From a virus, in IMG/VR virus record IMGVR_UViG_3300030328_002692, positions 1 to 64,000 of that record: DNA of 64,000 nucleotides; one strand, given 5' to 3'. Positions 1 to 6,965 of this stretch are shown piece after piece. Within the stretch, counting starts at the first letter, position 1. Every line of letters starts with the position of its first letter. The notes beneath the pieces are model-generated. The model was not told where the DNA came from. It worked only from the letters and a program-made list of their open reading frames with translations, and did not search any database. The translations under genes and the position numbers were made by a program.

Positions 1-214
1 TTTTGCGCCGAGTAGTAAAAGTAGTAAAAGTATTAGTGTCCCCTGCGCCAGTGAGAAAACTGAAGTGAGAAAACTCAAAAGTCCGTGTGATCCTTTGGCG
101 CCGAAGGCGCCAGTGTGAAAGTCTAGTAATTACACGAGAAGGTGTCTGTGAGGCTCTCAGAGGCTCTCTAAGCAACGATATGTCTGAGGCAAGGGAGGGG
201 TACGCCCCGCAGGG

Positions 215-277
215 CCGACTTATCCACAGGTTATCCACAGGCAAACCCGACTTATCCACAGGTTATCCACAGGCAAA
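215..277 (+). repeat. Direct repeat (32-bp period) carrying four perfect DnaA boxes
   Basis: TTATCCACA at 220, 231, 252, 263; unit ccgacTTATCCACAggTTATCCACAggcaaa occurs twice. Confidence 0.9.
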
Positions 278-362
278 ATAAATTGAAAAAAACGCTTGAC
301 TTTTTGCTCAATTTCTGATAGGAAATTGACCCGAAACATTTGATAAATGTTTAGCTAAACAT

Positions 363-392
363 TTGCATTATGTTTGGTTTTCGGGTTATAAT
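363..392 (+). promoter_or_regulatory. sigma70-type promoter
   Basis: TTGCAT-18-TATAAT upstream of the 399/423 start codons. Confidence 0.6.
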
Positions 393-422
393 ACTCTCAT
401 GATAAACAAAAAGGAGAAAAAC

Positions 423-827
423 ATGAATTTTAAAAACACATTTATTTTATATGTTGGTGTTGGTATGCACAGACTAGACCCTATAGATACGCTCACCGTA
501 GGCACTACAAGGCTTGATTTAATCAACTGTAGGTCTAATCAAAAGACTATGCAAATCGTCCACGTGTTCACGCTCTCACGCTCTGACGTGACCAAAGGAC
601 AATTTGAATATTGGGAAAGCCACACACTTTCACCAAAGCTAGATAAGATGTTGGAAAAAACAAGAGTTATTTATGACACCTTGTCTATGAATGGAAAATG
701 TCAAGGTAGAACTAATAACTGGTGGCTACTTAACGATACTAAACTAGAGGAGGTAATATTGTATGTCAAAAAAGAATTTGAAGCCTATGACAAAGGCACA
801 ACTGATACAGAGGATAAAGAGGACTAA
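423..827 (+). CDS. Hypothetical protein, possibly GIY-YIG/T5orf172-like fold
   Basis: AAGGAG SD before ATG 423 (in-frame ATG also at 399); N-terminal LYVGVG strand; weak resemblance only. Confidence 0.55.
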   Translation: MNFKNTFILYVGVGMHRLDPIDTLTVGTTRLDLINCRSNQKTMQIVHVFTLSRSDVTKGQFEYWESHTLSPKLDKMLEKTRVIYDTLSMNGKCQGRTNNWWLLNDTKLEEVILYVKKEFEAYDKGTTDTEDKED

Positions 828-835
828 AAATCCTC

Positions 836-923
836 ACCTCAAAATGAGGTTGCTCAAACTCCTACATTCAATGTAGGAGGTAGGGCTGGCTCGATCGAGC
901 CAGCTCGCTGAGTGCGCTCAGCG
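836..923. repeat. Cluster of four adjacent inverted repeats/palindromes
   Basis: acctca/tgaggt 836-850; ctcctacatt-c-aatgtaggag 859-879; perfect 20-bp palindrome gctggctcgatcgagccagc 885-904; cgctgag-tgcg-ctcagcg 906-923. Confidence 0.85.
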
Positions 924-1067
924 CCAGTGGTAAAGTGAAGTAGTAGATCGATAGTGCGCGCAGCGCCAGTGCAAAAACGAGTGCAAAAATGAAAGGTCTA
1001 CGAGTGCGAAAGCGACATATGTTCCCCTTTTAGCGGGGTCTTGTCCTTCCCTCCCCTCCACCCCATT

Positions 1068-1096
1068 ATTATAACATACTTCTTCCCGCTTGTCAA
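1068..1096 (-). promoter_or_regulatory. Leftward consensus sigma70 promoter with no obvious ORF
   Basis: TTGACA-17-TATAAT on the minus strand. Confidence 0.8.
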
Positions 1097-1123
1097 GGGT
1101 TTTTTTGAGAAAATTTAAAAAAG

Positions 1124-1143
1124 TTATCCACAGGTTATCCACA
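1124..1143 (+). promoter_or_regulatory. Tandem pair of DnaA boxes
   Basis: TTATCCACAggTTATCCACA. Confidence 0.85.
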
Positions 1144-1175
1144 GGAAATTAACAGAAAATACACAGGATATTCAG

Positions 1176-1204
1176 TTGACAAATCCTATTTGGCTCTATA
1201 TAAT
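1176..1204 (+). promoter_or_regulatory. Consensus sigma70 promoter
   Basis: TTGACA-17-TATAAT. Confidence 0.85.
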
Positions 1205-1211
1205 ACTCATT

Positions 1212-1361
1212 ATGGAAAACAAAAAAGAAACTGCAAAAAGACCAAGCAAAAAAGTTTTAATGGCACAAATAGAAGCTAAAGGCGTAGACAAAACAATTGT
1301 CGCTTCTTTAAGCAGAGCTAACATTGAAACAATGGTTTGGGTCAAAAGTCTACTTGACTAA
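1212..1361 (+). CDS. 49-aa protein resembling the C-terminal domain of A2-like proteins
   Basis: ATG 7 nt after the -10 box; PSKKVLMAQIE...SLSRAN parallels TKAQLVENLA...GLEKAP and RKAELVSVVE...TLVKAS. Confidence 0.65.
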   Translation: MENKKETAKRPSKKVLMAQIEAKGVDKTIVASLSRANIETMVWVKSLLD

Positions 1362-1512
1362 TTTCGCTGAACGCTACTAACTCGTTTACTACTCAAGGTT
1401 AGGAACACATGTGGGACAGATGTCTAAACTGTCCAAGCGAAAGCGACAAAGCCGACAAATGTTGTGTAGCATGGTGAGGGAAAAGCCTGAAGCAACAAAT
1501 GTCGGTTTTTTT
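1362..1512 (+). ncRNA. Candidate structured RNA/3' UTR ending in an intrinsic terminator
   Basis: Stems tttcgct/agcgaaa, ggacag/ctgtcc, gccgaca/tgtcggt followed by a T run. Confidence 0.4.
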
Positions 1513-1538
1513 ATGCGACAAAAGTCGCGTTGGCGCCC

Positions 1539-1567
1539 ATTATATCATAGCGGGGATGTTTTGTCAA
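1539..1567 (-). promoter_or_regulatory. Leftward consensus sigma70 promoter with no obvious ORF
   Basis: TTGACA-17-TATAAT on the minus strand. Confidence 0.8.
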
Positions 1568-1852
1568 GGAAAATTTTGTTTTTTTAACGCGACCCTACTT
1601 TTCATTGGTCTTTTACTCTTTTTAGACGCCTTTTAGACTTAAAAACCCCGCCCAAACTCCTTTTAAGACACTTTTTGATGGTTTTACAGGGCTTTTTTGC
1701 TTTAAAATCGCTGTTTTTGGCTCATAGGGGCTGCGCCGGCCTGCGCCAGTGCGAAAATGAAGTAGTTTTTCTATGGCTACGCGTGCGCCGACGCGCGCTA
1801 GAGTAGAAAAATGAGGCTTCCGCCGGCGCGGGGATATAATAATGTTATTGAT

Positions 1853-1881
1853 AGTATAACATATTAACCCCCGCCTGTCAA
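1853..1881 (-). promoter_or_regulatory. Leftward sigma70 promoter with no obvious ORF
   Basis: TTGACA-17-TATACT on the minus strand. Confidence 0.75.
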
Positions 1882-2033
1882 GAGAAAACTTATGCGGGGT
1901 TAGGCGCAGATTTACGGCGATTTGCGACTAATTTTCCTCTTTTTGCGAGATTTTCCACGAAGATGGACGATTTCGCGACCGGCCCCCCGGAATTCGCTAG
2001 CGTTATTTTATTATGCTAAGCGTAAGATTCTTC

Positions 2034-2062
2034 TTGACGCCACAGAATACGCCCTATATAAT
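2034..2062 (+). promoter_or_regulatory. sigma70 promoter
   Basis: TTGACG-17-TATAAT. Confidence 0.75.
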
Positions 2063-2068
2063 ATAGAT

Positions 2069-2248
2069 ATGAAATTGAGAAATATACAGCAAAAGATAGA
2101 AGCGACATGCTACAAGTGGAAATACACCACTAAAAGTGGCAAGTGGTGGAATAGAAGAACTAGCGAAGAAAGATTAGTTATCTGGCTAGTAAGTCTTCAA
2201 GCGATATGTATTTCTTCGCTTCTAGTGTTGGACAAGTGCTTCAATTAA
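2069..2248 (+). CDS. Small basic protein with hydrophobic C-terminus (59 aa)
   Basis: ATG 6 nt after the -10 box, in frame with track ORF 1922..2248. Confidence 0.6.
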   Translation: MKLRNIQQKIEATCYKWKYTTKSGKWWNRRTSEERLVIWLVSLQAICISSLLVLDKCFN

Positions 2249-2271
2249 CAGAAAAAACTTCGGCCAACCTA

Positions 2272-2301
2272 TTGACAGGCGTAAGAAAACTATAGTATAA
2301 T
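2272..2301 (+). promoter_or_regulatory. sigma70 promoter
   Basis: TTGACA-18-TATAAT. Confidence 0.75.
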
Positions 2302-2343
2302 ATACTCATAATGAAAATAATAAACTACATCAAGGAAAAGATT

Positions 2344-2670
2344 ATGGCAAATACAAATGCAAAAGCTAGACCTAAAAACTATACAGATGAGATGGTCGCT
2401 CAGATGACAGAGGCTTACACAGCTAATCCAACAAGAGAAACTGTGGACACTCTAGCCAAAGAACTTGGCAAATCTGTAAGAAGCATTATTGCTAAACTTT
2501 CAAGAGAAGGCGTTTATGTAGCTCAGCCTAAAGTAACCAAAACAGGCGAGCCCGTAGTAAGAAAAGCAGAACTAGTATCAGTAGTTGAAGCTCACTTCGG
2601 TATAGCATTACCAACTCTTGTAAAAGCTAGCAAAGCTGACTTACAAAGATTAGTTGATAACATCAGCTAA
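2344..2670 (+). CDS. A2: T5 A2-like DNA-binding protein
   Basis: NYTDEMV...LAKELGKSVRSIIAKLSREGVY HTH motif of the T5 A2 family; AAGGA SD before ATG 2344. Confidence 0.8.
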   Translation: MANTNAKARPKNYTDEMVAQMTEAYTANPTRETVDTLAKELGKSVRSIIAKLSREGVYVAQPKVTKTGEPVVRKAELVSVVEAHFGIALPTLVKASKADLQRLVDNIS

Positions 2671-2784
2671 GAACTCCCAAAGGCAGAGGGCGGATTGAAA
2701 ATAAACGCCCTCATAAGCCCGAACTGTTTTCGGAGTGCTTAAAGAAATACGCAGTAAATATCTTAAGCAATCCAAAAAAAGTTC

Positions 2785-2813
2785 TTGACTTGGCAGTTAA
2801 AATTTTGTATAAT
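2785..2813 (+). promoter_or_regulatory. sigma70 promoter of the large ncRNA
   Basis: TTGACT-17-TATAAT with upstream A tract. Confidence 0.85.
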
Positions 2814-2819
2814 ATATAT

Positions 2820-3712
2820 AGAAATTGAGAGAACAAGGGAAGCCTCAAAAACGCAAGTAGAAATATGAGCATTAGCCATCATCTCTACAGCAAGAGGCTC
2901 CCAACTCCGAGCTCTAACCACATTAAGAGCTGTAGCAACAAAACCATGTGGCGCAGACTGATAGCGATAACAATAGTAGTAATTGAGCCGTAGATTATGA
3001 CTAGACAATCTCGGGAGTGGAACGCTCTTTTATAAGGCAGTAATCCTACAACGCGTGGAGATAGTATCAATAAGCAGTTGGTAGTAGTAAGCCCAAGTAA
3101 GAAAACTATCCCCACATCACTTGGCGATGGGATATAAAAAAGTGGCAGTCCTATACGGCATAGCCCACCTAAGAAGGAGCCCCAAGCGTCTTGCAACACG
3201 AAAGCAACGAGCACTCTGATAGATATTGGCGACCACCTGTGTAAACAGTAAGGATAGCAAGGTTGGGCAAGAAGAACGCTCCCAACATCAGCGACAATAA
3301 TCCGAAAGGAGAGCAAAGCGAAGTTGAAGAGAGTAGCCACAATCGTTTGAGGTTAGCTGTAAAGAAATCCGAGATACAGGCAAAGAGAGTAGACTTATAC
3401 GCAGGACTAACCCAAAGGGATTAACACGCCTCTGTAACCAAATTGCCTGTGTGGTAGACTTGGTAGACAAGCGATAACAAAGTAGCTAGACAGATTGAGA
3501 GTGCTATAGTTATGAACTTACGGGGAAGACCTAAACCAATGTGCGAAATAGCTTAAGTAAGCATTGGCAAGGGCAAAGTAGTCATAAGTCCTTTACTCAC
3601 GCAGGCAGACACAGTAGTAGGGTATGAGTTATCCCACGCTGAAGGAATAAAACTTGGAGTAGCAAATTGCGAAACATACTTTTTCAACCCAGCCAAGTCG
3701 CTGGGTTTTTTT
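2820..3712 (+). ncRNA. Large ornate ncRNA (~890 nt), ROOL-like candidate
   Basis: No plus-strand ORF of 60 aa or more; own promoter and terminator; multiple 7-10 bp long-range helices and pseudoknots; family resemblance recalled, not searched. Confidence 0.75.
3686..3712 (+). terminator. Intrinsic terminator
   Basis: aacccagc-caagtc-gctgggtt followed by a T run. Confidence 0.85.
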
Positions 3713-3733
3713 ATGCCCAGCTGAAAATAAATC

Positions 3734-3762
3734 TTGACATATTAATAAAGGCGTGATATAAT
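3734..3762 (+). promoter_or_regulatory. Consensus sigma70 promoter
   Basis: TTGACA-17-TATAAT. Confidence 0.85.
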
Positions 3763-3808
3763 ATACATATTAAAAAATAAAATAGAAAATTTTAGAAGGA
3801 GAAGCGAT

Positions 3809-4024
3809 ATGAACTTAACATTTTTAAGCAAAACAGACAAAGACCTTCATGCTATGCGTTTACAACAAGACAGCGATGGCAAAGAGGCAAGACGCGAAAT
3901 CCAAAGAAGAAAATTAGTAGGATATTGCGATGGCACAAACATCACTTGGGTAGACCCTAAAGCCGAAGTTGAGACACAGTCACGAGTTGGCACAGTTATC
4001 ACTTACACTAAAGGGAGTAGATAA
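3809..4024 (+). CDS. Hypothetical protein
   Basis: AGGAG SD; first gene of a coupled operon. Confidence 0.75.
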   Translation: MNLTFLSKTDKDLHAMRLQQDSDGKEARREIQRRKLVGYCDGTNITWVDPKAEVETQSRVGTVITYTKGSR

Positions 4025-4411
4025 ATGATGTGGGACGAGCTACAAAAGTGGGAAACTAGAAACAATGCGAAAGTATTTATGGTTATCACCACAGAAGAAG
4101 TTAGGAACGATTTATATGATTATAACGCTTTTGACCCAGAGAATGAAGAAGATTTCATCTGCAAAATAGATGATGTTCGCGAGAGTCTAATGCTAGAGGC
4201 ATTAGACCACGCTTACGAAACAGTAAACTATGAATGGGGCTTAACTTTTGAAGATATAAACGATATATGCTACGAATACATAGTAGAAAAACTAAGTAGC
4301 AAAACTAAGGGGCTAGACAAAGGACAACTTTGGAATAGCGAAACAAAAACATTTGAAAGTGTAAAAGACTTTCAGGCTAGATATAATAAGGAGAAGAATA
4401 ATGCCAGCTAA
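4025..4411 (+). CDS. Hypothetical acidic protein
   Basis: GGGAG SD; abuts both neighbours. Confidence 0.75.
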   Translation: MMWDELQKWETRNNAKVFMVITTEEVRNDLYDYNAFDPENEEDFICKIDDVRESLMLEALDHAYETVNYEWGLTFEDINDICYEYIVEKLSSKTKGLDKGQLWNSETKTFESVKDFQARYNKEKNNAS

Positions 4412-4637
4412 ATTTAAACCAAGCCAGAGGGTTTATGACAGAAACCAGAGAGGCGTTAGAATGAATACTCAAAATCCTGTCAAAAAATACAAGCACGAAT
4501 ATTTAAAGTGCCAAAGTAAAGAAACATTATTCGCTGAAATTAACAAGTATAATGTTAAGCCAAAACAAAGACAAAAATGCTTAAACGAGTTAGCTCGCAG
4601 AGGTATCAAAGTAGTGTGGAGGGAAAAATGCGAGTAG
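4401..4637 (+). CDS. Hypothetical basic phage protein
   Basis: AAGGAG SD; MPAKFKPSQ...KCLNELARRGI. Confidence 0.75.
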   Translation: MPAKFKPSQRVYDRNQRGVRMNTQNPVKKYKHEYLKCQSKETLFAEINKYNVKPKQRQKCLNELARRGIKVVWREKCE

Positions 4638-4810
4638 TAAATCTAAAACAAGCAGAATACAAGCAGTTCAAAAGACGAGTAGCAATTCTACAGGAGAAAG
4701 GCATAGAACTAGACTTCTCAGTAGCGCAACCCAATAAAAGAGTAGTGAAAATCACTTTAAATAAAGAATACGATTGGAACAAATTAGATGAGGTGTGCGA
4801 AAATGGCTAG
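4628..4810 (+). CDS. Hypothetical protein
   Basis: Probable start ATG 4628 after GGAGG; frame of track ORF 4577..4810. Confidence 0.65.
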   Translation: MRVVNLKQAEYKQFKRRVAILQEKGIELDFSVAQPNKRVVKITLNKEYDWNKLDEVCENG

Positions 4811-5060
4811 AAGTAAGATAGAAACAACAAGAGATGGCTATACACTTTTAGACGGAAAATTAGTAGGAAAGCGAAAATTTCTAGTCAAGGGCGAGTTCAG
4901 TATCACATTAAACGAAGAATTGATATTACTCGCTCATGACAAAGAAAGCGCAGAAGATAGATTTACAGAACTATGTAGTAAGAAAGCTAAGCAATTAGGT
5001 GGAACTATAGATACTGTATTCGTAGACTTCGCTGAGCCAGAGGAGTATTTCAGTGGCTAA
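4803..5060 (+). CDS. Hypothetical protein
   Basis: GAGG SD before ATG 4803. Confidence 0.7.
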   Translation: MARSKIETTRDGYTLLDGKLVGKRKFLVKGEFSITLNEELILLAHDKESAEDRFTELCSKKAKQLGGTIDTVFVDFAEPEEYFSG

Positions 5061-5382
5061 AAAGTATAAGGATAATATTATAGAATTTCCAACGAAGCAT
5101 AAGCCTAGTAATAAGTTTATGCTTCAAACTATTGAAGCCAGAATTGGTGAAATAGAGTTGGAAAACGATATGATGCGAGCAGATATAGATTATCTTAGTG
5201 GCGCTATAAACAAAAATGTAAGTGAGCTTGAAGACCTCTTGAAACAGATGTCTTTACTTGCTGGCTTAGAAAAACCAATAGTAGAGTTGAAAGAAGATGA
5301 GCACGGGCAAATGGAGTTTGAGTTCAATTTAGGTCAGCTAGACGATATTTTAAACAATAAAAACGATAAGGAAGAAGATTAA
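5053..5382 (+). CDS. Hypothetical coiled-coil protein
   Basis: AGGAG SD, GTG start, NIIEFP motif and heptad pattern. Confidence 0.7.
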   Translation: MAKKYKDNIIEFPTKHKPSNKFMLQTIEARIGEIELENDMMRADIDYLSGAINKNVSELEDLLKQMSLLAGLEKPIVELKEDEHGQMEFEFNLGQLDDILNNKNDKEED

Positions 5383-5591
5383 TGGAAGAAAAAGGAACAT
5401 TTATGGGTAAAGACAGCTCGCTTCATGTTTATGAAGATGACGGGCTATTATATATTGTAGTGGACACAAATACAGAGCTGGGCCCATCAGCTAGTGGTAA
5501 ATCTACAATGGTGGCGAGTAGTGGTGGCAATATCCCTATTTCGCTAGAGAATGGTAAACAAGTTAAGTTAGGGCTTAACCTATATTACTAA
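5382..5591 (+). CDS. Conserved small phage protein
   Basis: GPSASGKSTMVASSGGN motif; coupled TAATG junction. Confidence 0.75.
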   Translation: MEEKGTFMGKDSSLHVYEDDGLLYIVVDTNTELGPSASGKSTMVASSGGNIPISLENGKQVKLGLNLYY

Positions 5592-5692
5592 TGGAAGTAT
5601 TATTTTATATTGGCTTACTCATATTTGGACTATATTGCCTAGTCACTGAAGATATAGAGAAAGTCAAGAAAGATTTTGGAGTAGACGAATGA
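5591..5692 (+). CDS. 33-aa membrane peptide
   Basis: Manually translated MEVLFYIGLLIFGLYCLVTED...; coupled at both ends. Confidence 0.55.
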   Translation: MEVLFYIGLLIFGLYCLVTEDIEKVKKDFGVDE

Positions 5693-5799
5693 CAATAGGA
5701 ACTTTAATGATGACAATAGTATTATTTATCGGCATAACAGTTGTTATACCTTTTGCCTTGCTAACGCGAGAAGATGGGGATTGTGAAGATGGCGAGTAA
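5689..5799 (+). CDS. 36-aa membrane peptide
   Basis: MTIGTLMMTIVLFIGITVVIPFALL...; ATGA overlap. Confidence 0.5.
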   Translation: MTIGTLMMTIVLFIGITVVIPFALLTREDGDCEDGE

Positions 5800-6112
5800 T
5801 TATACTAACGAACAAGTAGAGCATATGATTGAAGCTTATAGTGCAAATCCTACGAGAGAAACAGTAGATGATTTAGCTATAAATTTTGACAAGAGTGTAA
5901 AATCTATAATTGGAAAGCTTTCACGCGAAGGCGTGTATCAAAAAGCCGTCTATAAAACAAAGACTGGCGAAATCCCAATAACAAAAGCACAACTAGTAGA
6001 AAACCTAGCAGAGTTGCTAGAAATTCCAAGTAGTAAAATTATGGGATTAGAAAAAGCTCCAAAGCAAGATATTAAATTTTTGCACGATACAATAGGAGGT
6101 CTAAATGGCTGA
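5789..6112 (+). CDS. Second A2-like DNA-binding protein (paralog)
   Basis: Shares YxANPTRETVD and KSVxSIIxKLSREGVY with 2344..2670. Confidence 0.8.
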   Translation: MASNYTNEQVEHMIEAYSANPTRETVDDLAINFDKSVKSIIGKLSREGVYQKAVYKTKTGEIPITKAQLVENLAELLEIPSSKIMGLEKAPKQDIKFLHDTIGGLNG

Positions 6113-6362
6113 CCATATAATGAAGAAATACACAGCAAAAGTAGAAAAAACTATATATGTAGTAGAAGAACTAGAGATAATTTGCGAAACTGAAAAAGAG
6201 GCAGAGGAATTACTAGATGACTATTGCTGTGATGAACATAGTGCTAAAGTGAAATTAGTGGATATTGAAGAACAGGAAACAAAAATAAATATGCGCTGGG
6301 TTGATGAAAGCACAGTATTGTCTGTAGATGAATTTATGGACTATAAAGATGGGCTTCACTAG
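6105..6362 (+). CDS. Hypothetical acidic protein
   Basis: AGGAGG SD. Confidence 0.7.
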   Translation: MADHIMKKYTAKVEKTIYVVEELEIICETEKEAEELLDDYCCDEHSAKVKLVDIEEQETKINMRWVDESTVLSVDEFMDYKDGLH

Positions 6363-6853
6363 ATGTATGAAAGGTGCGGGGCAGTTGTGCGTCAACATAA
6401 GAACCATACCATCCCCGCCATACATTCTTAACTAAACCGTAGCGGGGCTGTTCAGCCCTCAACGCTATAACCTTAACTAAAACTGCAACGGGGCAGTATA
6501 ATTTCTATAAGTCTAGGGGAAATTTGCACAGGTATAGTTGCAATTTGATGTAGTCCATTAAGTTTTATGGACAAAAATAAATTTTGAATTGGCGTAAGTT
6601 ATTGGGATTAATAAGTGGATAAATTAGAGGGTTTTGTAGTAAATTAGTTTAGATGTTGATAACCCCGTTGAAGTGGAGTTTGAATCGTGGTATAATTGAT
6701 TGCTTTAATCGCATAACAAACAACGATTAACGAGATATCGGCTTTCGCTTCATCTCCTTCTAGGGAAGGATATTCGCTCGGCGATACTCTTTCGTTAGAT
6801 TTTGTTGAGTGTATGAATTGTGGTTAGCTAGGTTATTATCAATTTATGTATAT

Positions 6854-6882
6854 ATTATACCACAATTTTAACAAAATAGCAA
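6854..6882 (-). promoter_or_regulatory. Leftward sigma70 promoter firing into a non-coding region
   Basis: TTGCTA-17-TATAAT on the minus strand. Confidence 0.6.
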
Positions 6883-6965
6883 GAGGTGTTTTTGATGACC
6901 TCATCGAAACGCGGGTCTGGGAAGGTTTTAATTAACAGAAAAAAGTGTAATTTTTAAGTAGGAAG

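Noticed and set aside
215-277. Direct repeats as a possible CRISPR array
   Set aside because: Only two units, no unique spacers and no cas genes; explained by DnaA boxes
87-1142. Track ORFs 87..281 (+) and 918..1142 (-)
   Set aside because: They run through DnaA boxes, repeats and promoter elements, with no credible RBS
2763-3470. Minus-strand ORFs 2763..3008, 2885..3340 and 3288..3470
   Set aside because: No SD or promoter, atypical composition, antisense to a promoter/terminator-bounded structured RNA
6728-6753. Minus-strand micro-ORF MKRKPISR after AGGAG
   Set aside because: SD abuts the ATG with no spacing and lies within a hairpin
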